Translations under genes and position numbers: made by a program
Shown: one piece after another, positions 1 to 11,657 of the stretch
Numbering within the stretch: the stretch's first letter is position 1
Layout of the letters: every line of letters begins with the position of its first letter
Origin: Squalus acanthias
Lineage: Eukaryota
Length of the DNA: 64,000 bases
Reading direction: 5' to 3'
Assembly (NCBI GenBank): GCA_030390025.1
Contig: CM059432.1
Coordinates: forward strand, 54,252,001 to 54,316,000
Notes under the pieces: model-generated
Told to the model about the DNA's origin: nothing
Seen by the model: the letters and a program-made list of their open reading frames with translations, nothing else
Databases searched by the model: none

Positions 1-408
1 CCGCATAATGGATCACTCAGACTATTGTGAGTAGCTTGCAAAGTTTGTTTATTTGAACAGGACTTAAATTCTGGTGGATTTTCGAACAAAAATGGGAAGA
101 TATCAAATGGTGAGCAGGTTAGACAGACTGGAATATTTGAGGGCTTAGTGAGCTGTGTGAAATGAAACCTTAAAGAGTTCCAGCTGGATTCCACTCATCA
201 CTACTGCATCTCAAAATCTCTCAGCATCACTGCAATGGTGAGCATTTTCCAACGGCTTACTGATGGGGGTTAAATGAATTGAGACTGATTAAAAATGCAT
301 CTTGAGATCACCCTCTGGTTGGGTACTTCCTGTGTATGGTTCCCAATTCCGCTATGCTACATTTTGCATGTTTACTATTTAACAAAGGCTTGGCTTCACA
401 ATGATGGA

Positions 409-772
409 GCTACCATCTACAAGATGCACTGTAGCAACTTGCCAAGGCTTCTTCTGGCAGCACCTCCCAAACCTGCGACCTCAACCACCTAGAAGGACAA
501 GGGCAGCTGGGCGCATGGGAACACCACCACCTCCAAGTTCCCCTCCAAGTCACACACCATCCTGATTTGGAAGTATATCGCCGATCCTTCATCGTCGCTG
601 GGTCAAAATCCTGGAGATCCCTCCCTAGCAGCACTGTGGGAGTACCTTCACCACATGGACTGCAGTGATTCAAGAAGGTGGCTCACCACTACTTTCTCAA
701 GGGCAACTAGGGATGGGCAATAAATGCTGGCCTTGCCAGTGAAGCCCACATCCCTTCAACGAATTTTTAAAA
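409..772 (+). mobile_element. 3' fragment of L2/CR1-group LINE (family B)
   Basis: Encodes TIYKMHCSNLPRLL and matches the reverse complement of the 3' ends of the copies at 27290 and 33353 (gggatgggcaataaatgctggcc...cccacatc). Confidence 0.8.
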
Positions 773-829
773 ACCCCTGACAAAATGTGAGTATGATTGG
801 TAGCCCTGTTTTGTTTTTGCTCTTCAAGC

Positions 830-1428
830 TTTAATCGCGATCTTGTTGAGACCACCCCTGCTCCTCCCGGCCTGCGATCTTTTTGAAACCCCCTCCCCCG
901 GTCCTCCCGGCCTGCAATTTTGTTGGAACCCCTACCCCACCCCGGGCTGCTCCTGGCCCATGATCCTGTTGAGACCCCCGACCCCCCCCCAAACCCGTGC
1001 TCCTCCGGGCCCGCAATGTTGTTGGGACCCTCCCACCACCTGTGCTGCTCCCGGCCCATGATCCTGTTAAGACAACCCACCCCTCTATGCTCCCCCGGGC
1101 CCGCGATCTTGTTGCGACACCCCCACCACCCGTGCTGTTCCCGGCCCGTGACCTTGTTGAGACCACACCCACTACATGGGCCGGCTGACCCTGGCCCACA
1201 TGCAAACCCTCCCTCCCTTCTCTCTTTAGCCTAGTGCCGCAGGCCTGCCCTCCCGGAGCCAGCCAGCCTCTCAATCTGGCTGGCTGCGGGTGGGAAACAG
1301 AGGCTTCCCATGCAAATCAGGCTCTGCTGTTAAATTCAGCAGGGCCTGATTTCCCGGGCTTCCCGACCTCTTCGGAGTCCCCCCATCCCCTCACTCTCAA
1401 CCCGCCTTTCCCATTAAAATTCAGCCCT
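830..1428 (-). mobile_element. Harbinger-type non-autonomous element with internal minisatellite (left limit uncertain)
   Basis: Ends in CCATTAAAATTCAGCCC, the reverse complement of GGGCTGAATTTTAATGG. Shares the CAGCCAGCCAGATTGAGAGGCTGGCT block with the element at 32079-33147. Confidence 0.65.
838..1180. repeat. Degenerate C-rich minisatellite, about 8 units of ~40-50 bp
   Basis: Recurrent GATC(T/C)TGTTG(A/G)GAC-Cn-TGCT..CCCGGCC unit. Confidence 0.8.
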
Positions 1429-2474
1429 CTGTCACTGATTGAGTAGTGGTGGTAAGGGGAGGTATGGTGCATCGGAGGCCAGAATCGGAGGACCAAAGGG
1501 AGCAGGCTAGGATGTAGAGGTGGGGAAGGTTGGAGAAGGATGGTGGGTCAAAACAACTAATGGATTTGTAAGCAAGGAAAATTACATTTTATTCAGTGCT
1601 TTGGAGCAGAGTGAGCACACATCGATAGTGAGCTTAACACCACATTATATTAGAAAGACTACCAAATATGCTCCAGCGAGTTGTGTCCCCTCATTCTGAA
1701 GTTAGAATCCAGCTGAATTGTTCGGGCATAGTAAAGGGAGACTTGACTTGGAAGTGCTTGGTGCTGACTGGGTTTATTTTATTTTTATAGAGGTGAATCC
1801 TTACCTCAGAGTTACATAAAATATACTGCACAGAAACAAGCCATTCGGCCCAACTAGTCCATGCCAGTTGGTGTTCAATCAAGCTTAAGAGGTATTACAC
1901 AAGTGATATTGGAAACACTGCATAATTTCCCAGGCTGCAGAGAGACCTTCAGTCAGTCTATGCCAGTCTTGGGAATTCTTAGTGTGGAGTCTGTGATACC
2001 TTCTTCCCATTTGATAAAGTCTAGAGCCACAAAATTCCCCTTCTTAGCGTTGGCATTTAAGGCCGGTTTCGGCAGAAAAATGGCTGCCACCTCGCTTCCG
2101 GCTGCGGCGGTCGCCATTTTGGGCAGGTCAGTAGCGCGGCCGTTGCCTGCGTTCGGCAGAAGAATGCAACGCTGATTTGACCCACAACCTGCTATTTTGG
2201 ACGTTGCCACTCAACTGTACACACTCTCCAAAGCACACACAGAACATGTGTTCAGCTGCATGAGGGACCCCCAACGGTGATATTTAAAGGGATCATCAAC
2301 AACTTTCATGTAACTTGATTTTTTGATTTCTACTGGCTCTGTGTAAGTTTGTGGAACTGTTTGGAGCTTTCTAGAGTTATTTAAAGTTAATGAGGTGACA
2401 GGGAGCTGTGCTGCAAGTGGAGAAGGCCTTGCTTCTGAATTCAAGGGTTCTGGTCAGTCCACTTACTTCCATTC

Positions 2475-3692
2475 ATGGGGGCTCTACTTGCAGTTCCCCC
2501 TCGCTGCAGCATGATGAGGGATGGAGCAGAGGCAGCAAAGAAGAGAACAAGCTGCTCGCAGAGGGAGGAGGAGGGAGGGCAAGAGAGCTCTCAGCAGGAG
2601 GTCTTACCCACCGAGGGCCTTCAGGAAGCACATCTCCTAGCTGCACGTAAGCCAGGAGCAGTGTGTTCAGAAGCTTCACTTCACCAAGGAGGTGGTCACA
2701 GTGCTCTCCCACCTCTTGGAACCAAACCTACAGCCTCAGAGCAGGACAACGATGGCGCTGCCAGTGGCCCTCAAGGTGACCGTGACCTGAATTTTTTCAC
2801 TTCCGGATCCTTCCAGTCTGGAACAGGCGACATAGCTAACATCTCCCAGTTCGCCATCCTTCGCTGCATTCAGAAGATCACTGTGGATCTGTACTCCAGG
2901 AGAAGGAAAGGGAATTCATTGTCTTCTCTCTGAACAGAGAGAAGCAGGAGTAGTGTCATGTGGCCTTGCCAGGATATCGGGCTTCCCCATGGTGCAGGGC
3001 GCCATTGACTGCGCACACGTGGCTTTGCGAACGTTGTATATCAATCCTGAGATGTACCGCAGTTTCAAAGGCTACCACTCACTTAATGTGCAGTTGGTCT
3101 GCAACCATGCCCAGCACATCATGATGGTGGATGCCCGCTATCCTGGCAGCAGTCATGATGCCTTCATCCTGCACTAGCCCACTATGCCAGCAATCTTCCA
3201 GCCATGTCGAACCCGAGGGTGGCTGCTCGGAGACAACGGCTATCCACTCTACACCTGGCTGATGACTCTCTTCCGCAACCCCACCACTTGTGGTCAGCAC
3301 TCATATAATAACAACCATGCTGCCTCGAGGAACCTCATCGAGCAGACCATCGGGTGCTCAAGCAACGGTTCCACTGCCTTGACTGTTCGGGAGGATCCCT
3401 CCAGTACTCACCGGAGCGGGTATCCCATTGTGGTGGTCTGGTGCATCCTTCACAACTTGGCCATCAAGAGGGCACAGCCCTTGCCACCACGGGTTCCCCG
3501 TCCACCTCAGGAAAAGGAGGAGAAGGAGGAGGAGAGAGGGAAGAGGAGGAGGAGGAGGAAGAGAAGGAAGAGGAGGAGGAGGAGGAGGAAGAGAAGGAAG
3601 AGGAGGAGGAGGAGGAAGGGAGGAGGCAGGCAGCAAATCCCCATTCCGGACTGGCTTTCTGTGAGCGCCTCATCAGACTCCAGGTCCAATGA
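2475..3692 (+). pseudogene. Harbinger (HARBI1-like) DDE transposase, frameshifted
   Basis: Motifs [55 protein letters not shown] and a poly-Glu tail, spread over several frames. Confidence 0.92.
3510..3627 (+). repeat. (GAG/GAA)n purine tract encoding the transposase acidic tail
   Basis: Direct inspection. Contains a repeated ~27-30 bp higher-order unit. Confidence 0.85.
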
Positions 3693-3861
3693 ATGAAAAC
3701 CCAGATCCCCGTTGCTCAGCACTTCCCCACCTTACCATCCCTCTGTCATGGAACATCACAGCGTCCTCTTGGGCACAAAGCTGAAATGAAAGCCATCACA
3801 AAACAAACATCTCAAACATAATTCATAAATGATTATTTGAGAGCTTACATAACAAAGTCAA

Positions 3862-4260
3862 CTAATCACCCTTGTACATTCCCTTAGTGTCTGTCTGTTG
3901 TGTTCCTTTGCCTATTCTAGTGCTCCTACACAGTGCTGCCCCAGTGGCTGCATCATGGCTGTTGGAAAGCTGCTGACTTTCAGTGGGGGACACTGCTGAT
4001 GGCCTTGCAGGACAGCCTTGAGCAGCTCTGGGCCTAGAAGGCCCGGCTGTAGACTGCACCACCTCGGCATGGGCGGCAGCAGTTTGGGCTGGCTGGCTGA
4101 CAGGCAGCAACAAGGGCACTGATGGAGTGGCTGGGTGGGAGTACGAATGGTGTCATCCTGAGAGGACAGCAGGTTCTTGCTCCACAGAGCCACTGCCACT
4201 CCTCCGGGGTGGCACCTCAGCATTCCTAGCCATATGTTTGAGGACAGATTGCCGGACTGC
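3862..4260 (-). pseudogene. C-terminal exon fragment of Harbinger Myb/SANT partner protein
   Basis: AAAHAEVVQSTAGPSRPRA...AATGA is nearly the same as the C-terminus at 53232-53726. Confidence 0.8.
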
Positions 4261-4975
4261 TGTGAGACCCTGCAAGCCTCTTTCCACACTCATAAACCCA
4301 GCCACAAATTTTGCGTGCTGCCTACGGCACTTTCAACGGGAGCAGGCAGATCACGCATCGCGATCCCCGCGCCTGTTTTTGAGCCTAATCCAATTTCACC
4401 CCCTAGCAGTCTCCTGTTCCTGCAAAGGAGTATTTTTATTTGCAAGGTTTTTCTTCTGCTAATGCACCTTTCTAGTTTTTTAAAAATCCATAAGCAACAT
4501 ATATCCTGTGGGTATACGATGGCACACTAAACGAAATATTGAGTATCGCATACCAAGAACTACATTTTGGGATTCCCAGTATTGAACAAAGAATCAAATA
4601 AATACTGTTACTCAGCTAGAGGCAATGAGATGCAAAGTACAGTAATGAGATTCCGTATTGCAGACAATGGAATGGTCCAAATTAGCACTAATCTGGTAAC
4701 CTCACTCAGATAAACCATAAGGAATGACTGCACAGGAAAAATCAAATTGCTGTTGTAGGAGATACTCCTCTGAGGTGCAGAGTAAGGGAGTTTTTCCTTC
4801 CATCTTGCCATACCTGACCTCTTTTTTGCTGACACTAGGTGAGATAAATTGAAAATATTCAAATCCCCAGCACCTTATTTGAGCACCATTAAAACATTTT
4901 TAAAAAGTTATACATTTTAGAAATGGAAGCTACAGAATAATATTGTTAGTCTTTGGAAGCTATTCAAAAGACATA

Positions 4976-6359
4976 TTATAATGAAGGCACAAGTTACAGA
5001 AAAGCTTTTTTGTAGCATATCCACATTCAAGGTGAATAGTACTGTAGAGAAGTAATGTCAGAGTAAACTATGTACCCTTTCTGTATCCAATAACATTTCA
5101 TATTGAATAGGCACCTTTAAAGTATAGTCATTAGTTGAAACATTTCTCAGTGGAGCCTGGTAGACTGAAATTTAATTGAAGCAAATGTCCTTTGTTGACT
5201 TAAGGGAGATTTATCCTTGCTAAAAGCATCTGCTAGCCAAGGGTATAAAATGATATGGAGCCAAGGCAGGTGGATGGCGTTAAGATACAGATCAGCCATG
5301 ATCTCATTGAATTGCCGGACAGGCTTGAGGGGCTGAATGGCCTCCTCCCGTTCCTGCGTTTCCTATGTTTCCTATCAATATACAATGTTTTACTCATTTA
5401 CACAGGAATCAATTTGTCAAACTGCATGGAAGAGACATCAACGAATTGTTCTTCACTGACAAACTGACATTTTGTTGAAGGAAACACGCTAAGCTCAGAC
5501 CAAATAGATGGCTGATTATGAAGCACATCCACCAGCCATCACTGAGCTCCACATTGTTAGGCAATTTACAGACAGAGCTGTCGTTTTCTCTTCAGGACAG
5601 CTGCTATTGTCTTTGCTTATTGGTTAGCCAAGAACACAGCAAACGTCAGTAGGGTATGCATTAAAATGAATAAAATGACTCGCATTAGGTCTCACACAGG
5701 CAAGCTATGCTATGCTGCTCTTAATTGTGGCTACTGGATGCTTTTACTATGGATAAATCTGTCTGTAAATTGCCTAACAATGTGGAGCTCAGTGATGGCT
5801 GGTGGATGTGCTTCATAATCAGCCATCTATTTGGTCTGAGCTTAGCGTGTTTCCTTCAACAAAATGTCAGTTTGTCAGTGAAGAACAATTCGCTGATGTC
5901 TCTTCCATGCAGTTTGACAAATTGATTCCTGTGTAAATAAGTACAACATTGCATATTGATAGGAAACATAGGAAACGCAGGAACGGGAGGAGGCCATTCA
6001 GCCCCCTCAAGCCTGTCCGGCAATTCAATGAGATTATGGCTGATCTGTATCTTAACGCCATCCACCTGCCTTGGCTCCATATTATTTTATACCCTTGGCT
6101 AGCAGATGCTTTTAGCAAGGATAAATCTCCCTTAAGTCAACAAAGGACATTTGCTTCAATTAAATTTCAGTCTACCAGGCTCCACTGAGAAATGTTTCAA
6201 CTAATGACTATACTTTAAAGGTGCCTATTCAATATGAAATGTTATTGGATACAGAAAGGGTACATAGTTTACTCTGACATTACTTCTCTACAGTACTATT
6301 CGCCTTGAATGTGGATATGCTACAAAAAAGCTTTTCTGTAACTTGTGCCTTCATTATAA
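4976..6359. repeat. Long inverted duplication: arms 4976-5576 and 5758-6359, 181-bp spacer
   Basis: Arms are near-identical reverse complements. Each arm contains the same CR1 3' tail (~5240-5375 and ~5960-6095). Confidence 0.95.
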
Positions 6360-6949
6360 CATCTCTCTCTCTCTCTCTCCTGCTGTTCATTTTGCATCCA
6401 GGTCCTCTCACAGCAAAGGCCAATGATGACATCATCAGAGACGACTTTCAGACTGAAAACACTAATTGGTTCATGGGTTCCCACATGCTGGAACTCAATT
6501 GCCCAATTAGGTGAAAATTGCATCAATCTCCCACATCCAATTGCAGTCGGGTGGATAACACAAAAAGCGGATGACACAACCCCAACCCGCCCCAGTATCA
6601 AAATCCATGTCTCCTTGTCCTAGACTCCCCCACCAGCAGAAAAAGTTTCTCTCTATCTACTATATCAATTCCTTTCAAAATCCTAAAATCCTCAATCAAA
6701 TCACGCCTTAACCATCTATATTCCAGGGAATACAAGCCTAGTTGTAGGAAGTTCTGGCATAGGTTAGGACCCAGCATATCTCAGGCTTTTTCCATTCATC
6801 TCCACTAGATTCCTGTTGCAGATATGGCAGGAGTCTGCCAGAACACTGTATTCTTAGGATATGATGTGGAGATGCCGGCGTTGGACTGGGGTGGACAAAA
6901 ATGAGAAGTCGCACAACACCAGGTTATAGTCCAACAGATTTATTTAATT

Positions 6950-6988
6950 TTACAAGCTTTCGAAGCAGTTCGCTCCTTCGTCAGGTAA
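6950..6988 (-). ncRNA. Minimal type I hammerhead ribozyme motif
   Basis: Reverse complement reads UUAC-CUGACGA-A-GGAGC(gaacu)GCUUC-GAAA-GC-UU-GUAA. Confidence 0.75.
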
Positions 6989-7239
6989 GTTAGCAATGAG
7001 AGAATCTCCCAGAATTCACAATTTAAACCCAGACAAAATCTATTCACATTATTCCCTACAACAAAGAGCACAGCCAAGACAATGAGATGTGTCCCAGGGG
7101 GTCCAACGTGTCAAACCACCTGCTGGCTGCATATCCTGTCAATTTGTGTTCTTGTGTTAGTCTTTTTTTGTGTGAATAATGTGAATAGATTTTGTCTGGG
7201 TTTAAATTGTGAATTCTGGGAGATTCTCTCATTGCTAAC

Positions 7240-7278
7240 TTACCTGACGAAGGAGCGAACTGCTTCGAAAGCTTGTAA
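7240..7278 (+). ncRNA. Minimal type I hammerhead ribozyme motif
   Basis: TTAC CTGACGA A GGAGC gaact GCTTC GAAA GCTT GTAA: intact core, stem I, stem II and palindromic stem III. Confidence 0.75.
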
Positions 7279-7439
7279 AATTAAATAAATCTGTTGGACT
7301 ATAACCTGGTGTTGTGCGACTTCTCATTCTTAGGATATCTATAAGGCTTTCTTGTAATTATTTTTGTAATTTTATGCTAGCACTTAGGCATTCAGGAGCC
7401 AGTTATCATTCATCTTTTTCTGCCACTAGCCTCTTTTAC

Positions 7440-10005
7440 TGGTGAGTTTGCCGGCAGAGATCCGCTGAGTTGACTTGTTTGGGGGAAGAGGAGGACCAGC
7501 AGGGAATGCCAGGCTGCTCAGCTGCCGAAGAGGTGCTGTGTGCCACCTTACTGGCACCTGCACCTCTGCATCAGCAGAAAGAGGTGTTAAAGCAGTGCTA
7601 AACCATTTAGAACTGACTTACAAGAGAAGACGAAAGCCTAGAAATTCAGCTACATACCATACACTGGTAAGGCCCATTTCTTGAAAAAAAACGGCGGCCG
7701 CCTCACTTCCACCTGCCTCTGGCATGGGACTCGATGGCCACCATTTTGGAGAGGGCAATAGCACTGCCATTAGCAGCGCTGGCCCTAGAAATGCGAAGCA
7801 GCAGAGCGTGACATCAGTCGTCGACTTCACGCCACGCTCTTGAAATTTGGACCTTTGCGCTGACTTTAACGCTGGGTCCTAAGCTCGCACTGAAAAACGA
7901 GTGTGCAGCAGACTGACAGAGAAGCTGTCAGTGCTACTTAAAGGGATACACACATCTTTCAGGTAAGTTTGTATTTAAGCTTTTGGACTGGATTTTTTAT
8001 ATTTTATTGAAGTGGAGTCACTGTTGTAATGTGGGAAACGCGGCAGCCAATTTGCACACAGCAAGCTTCCACAAACAGCAATGTGAAAATGCCCAGATAA
8101 TCTGTTTTTGTTATGTTGGTTGAGGGATAAATATTGGTCAGGACATCGGGGATAACTCCCCTACTTTTCTTCGAAATAGTGCCATGGGATCATTTACGTC
8201 CACCTGAGAGAACAGACAGGGCCTCAATTTAACATCTCATCTGAAAGACGGCACCTCCGATAATGCAGCACTCCCTCAGCACTGCACTGGAGTGTCAGCC
8301 TAGCTTTATGTGCTCAAGTCTCTGGAGTGGGACTTGAACCCACAACCTTCTGACTCAGAGGTGAGTGTGCTACCAACTGAGCCACAGCTGACACTGTGAG
8401 GAAGAAACAGAAGAGGAGGAAGCAGAAGGAAAGATGCAACCCAGCCAGACCCTTTCTGGCCAGGATATCAGAGATGGAATCATCTGCCTGTGGTACCAGT
8501 GACCACAACCCCAATTCTCGTTTCAACATTAGTCCCACACCTTACCTTCCCTCTGTTACTGACCATCACAGCGTCCTCTTGGCCACAATGCTGAAATAAA
8601 AGCCACGACAAAGCAAACTTTCCAATCCAACTTTATACATATATGCATCCAATATGACATCCATAAATCAACTAATCACCCTTGTGCATTCGCTTAGTGA
8701 TTGGCTTGTGTGTGCCTTTGCCTTTCCTGCTGATGTCACGCAGTGCTACTCCAGTGGCTGCAGCATGACTGGTGGAAGGCTGCTGAATTTCAGTAGGGGA
8801 CACTGCAAATGGCCTTGCAGGATGACCTCGAGAAGCTGGTGGCTGGGAGTGTGAAATCGAGTGGCGGTGTTTCTTCTTCTTCTTCTTTACTCTCCTCTTC
8901 CATTCTTGATCAACCATTGGCTGGGCAGGCTGCATTTCTTGGGTGTCAGAAATGAGGAAGGCACAAGGGTGGAGTTGTGGTGAGGGGAGGGCGGGAAAGC
9001 AAGAGGTGCATGCGTATGGAGGATAACGTATGAGGATACCAGCATCTTGTATCCTTTCAGCCCCGCCGTTGGCCAAGGGCTCAGCCATGCCACTGCCAAG
9101 AATGGTCAGCACCATTTCCTCCAAGGGGATGAGGTGAAGCTAGGAATGGGAGGTGTGCCTTGTGTTTGGTCCAGATTGTTGGTAGGTGAGTGATGGGGGG
9201 GCGGTTGTGCTGAGCAGTGTGCGAGGCTAGTGGTGCAGTTGGTAGGAGACGGCTTTTGTAGGTGCATCACTGACCTCGACCACTGTCTGAGGTCACGAAG
9301 CTTCTTTGGGCACTGGAGCTAGGTCGTGGCATTGAGACTGCTGTCATTGATGGCCTCGGTGATCTGGTCCCACATCGTTCTTTCTGGAGGGCCTCCTGGC
9401 CCTCTGTGGTTTGAGGACCCCTCTTGCAGTGTTGACCCCTGCACAAAGCTGGAGTGCTGCGTGCGAGACCCAGGGTGACGCTTCCCTGGGAGACCCTTCC
9501 CTGGCTTGTTGAGCTATTTCTGTTAGTGCTGAAGGACTTTTACCATTTTTTTAGGTGTGCAAGGCAATTCAGCTTTAAGATCTGGATACTGCCATCTATG
9601 AATAATTTTAATTTTTTTTTTCAGACAGCAGTTGAGCTCCACGGGCTAAAAACTGCCTATTTTTTAAATGATTTTTATTTTTTTCATATTAGAAGGCAGT
9701 TCCCCTTTAAGGGATTGACACTGCTTTCTAAAATGACAGCCTTGCTTTAAGAGAAGGCTGCTCTTGCTCCAGGGACGCTACGGCCATGCTACATTGGGCC
9801 TCCTGTTGTGAGTAGCACCAAAAACCAGCCTTACACAGTGAGTTTAGCGCTGCGCTAATGTTAAACTGCAGGCAGCACCAAAATGCCGGTGCTGCCTGTG
9901 AGATTAATTTAAGAGGCTGTTAACAGTGGCCCGCAGTGGCACTGGCAGCTTTTCGGCGCACTCGAACTTTTAGCCTGAAAATCCATATTATGGTCACAAT
10001 TCTCC
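7440..10005. mobile_element. Internally deleted Harbinger element related to H1 (ends approximate)
   Basis: 7685-7970 resembles 2070-2310. 8395-8830 resembles the H1 transposase end, intergenic region and Myb C-terminus (...KRMHKGD). Myb exon-1 remnant at ~9270-9480 on the minus strand. Confidence 0.7.
8005..8393 (-). mobile_element. tRNA-derived SINE (SacSINE1/DeuSINE-like)
   Basis: Minus strand has A box TGGCTCAGTTGG and B box GGTTCAAGTCC. Body is homologous to 37307-37730. Confidence 0.8.
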
Positions 10006-10039
10006 AGTTGTTATTTCTCTTTAAGCTGCGTCCATTGTT

Positions 10040-10620
10040 GGGATGAAATTTCTTTAGGCTCATTTTCGGGCCTGAGATGGGTGCCACAGACAGAGAACAG
10101 GCCCCAAACAGGTGGTCCAAGTTCGGCTCGTAACTGGGCTTCGGGCCTCATTAACATTATTTGTGTGAACTGCCGGCACCTGTTGCGCCGCCACAGGCCC
10201 AAAGATAAGTCCTGGGAAGGGGGGTGGTGGGGGCGGGTAGTGGAGCTGCAATGTTGGGGGTGGGGTGAGGGGCTCACAAGTACTGTGGAGTCTGGGGCGC
10301 ACTCCTGTTCCTCCTGGCTCCACAGAAACGTATTATTTTATATTTTTAAAAGAAAACTAATCATTTGGTGGCACCCTCTGAAGAATCTGGATTGGAGCAG
10401 ACTCGACTCCTGCAATGTCCAATTTCAGCAAGGGATGAGGCCCTTCATTTACATATGTTTTAGATGGCCGCCAGGAATGCCTAAAAAATGGCCTGACCCA
10501 ATATTGTGTCAGATGTATTTCAGGCGTCCTTTGGGCCCGGGATGTTGGCCCCTGAAATTGACCTTTGTTGTGCCCATTTTACGCCCCTAAAACATGCACA
10601 ACAAGGTTCAATTTGTACCC
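10040..10620. mobile_element. Harbinger-type MITE
   Basis: Termini GGGATGAAATT and AATTTGTACCC. Right half is homologous to 48889-49354 (gttgtgcccattttacgccc). Confidence 0.65.
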
Positions 10621-10914
10621 TGATAGATCACGAATTAACAAATGGCGCTTAACAGTTTGTGAGTTTAGAATTTCTTACCGCAGATGCACAAACTCAGGTA
10701 ATCTATATGAACACAGGCCAATGAACTGGAGTTTCCTTTCTCGTAGCAATCAAGTGTTAGTCTTCATCACTAATGTTAAACACTAAATTAAAATAAGCAA
10801 ATATCCTCTTGCTTTTGTTCTGCTGGTGCTTTTAGGCCAGGAATGTAACCACCACCAGCAGAAGCAATTGGGCGAGAAGTCTGCCCAACCAGACTGTGAC
10901 AAGGTAAAGTTAAT

Positions 10915-11657
10915 GGCCCAGAAATTGATCTCGCTCTGTTCCCGCGGGGGTAAGCCTTCCCCGCGATCTCTCACTCCGCTTGTGCTTTTTCAGATCCAGC
11001 TCGCACGAACTTGATGTTCCAGACATCAGCTGGGCTGTGCTTGCGTATCCCACCGGCGTAGTGAATTCGTGCGAGCTGTGGGATCACGTGACTCAGTTAG
11101 AGCCAATGGCAGCACACCATCTTCCATTCATAAGTTTCACATACGTGCTGTGAAATCTATGAATCTTACACCCCCCCAAAATAACAGCTAAACCTCAATT
11201 AAATTTTTTTAAAAAGCCATCACATTAATAAAATAAGTATAGTTAAATAAATTAACCATTTTAAATAAAAAATTAAATTTTTGAAAAAATTTAAAATCTT
11301 TTAAAAAGTTATAAAAATAAACTTACCTGTCTTTAAAGTCTCTAAAAAAATATACCTGTTAAAAAAAAATCAAAAAAATACTTAATTCACTACTTACCTT
11401 GTTAAAAGTGGGTCTTACTCCTCCTTTTTCCATTTCTAAAGTCTACAGTACTTACCTGTGCGTCCAAAGCATGAAGTGCACAGCGTGCGCGCAGCCTGTA
11501 GCGCGCACGCGATGCACCGAGGAACCGCCCCCTTTTCAAAAGAGCAATTGCCGGTTTTCAGCGCATGCGCAGGGCATGCAGAAAACCGGCAATTGGAGTG
11601 GGAATACGCGAGAGTATGCAGTGCGTACTCTCGCGCACCGGGATGAATTTTTGGCCC
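10915..11657. mobile_element. Harbinger-type MITE with AT-rich core
   Basis: Termini GGCCCAGAAATT and AATTTTTGGCCC. Inverted homologue of 60965-61727. Confidence 0.85.

Larger units (their letters stand above)
2023..4403. mobile_element. PIF/Harbinger element H1 (Myb gene largely deleted)
   Basis: Transposase plus the convergent C-terminal end of the Myb partner. Right end CAATTTCACCCCC. Left end approximate. Confidence 0.8.
6863..7325. mobile_element. Short Penelope-type non-coding insert with inverted arms and hammerhead motifs
   Basis: 13-bp TSD ATTCTTAGGATAT at 6850-6862 and 7326-7338. Inverted arms ~6902-7052 and ~7173-7326. Confidence 0.8.

Noticed and set aside
838..1180. CRISPR-like repeat-spacer appearance
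   Set aside because: Units are degenerate, the apparent spacers are C-rich variants of each other, there are no cas genes, and the context is a eukaryotic transposon.
3184..3696. Arg/Lys-rich protamine-like ORF
   Set aside because: Frameshifted reading of the (GAG)n transposase acidic tail.
4608..4862. Possible host exon on the minus strand
   Set aside because: An acceptor-like site is present but there is no convincing donor or recognisable peptide.
8320..8393. tRNA gene
   Set aside because: The A and B boxes belong to a SINE head that continues into a repeated body, and no full cloverleaf is evident.
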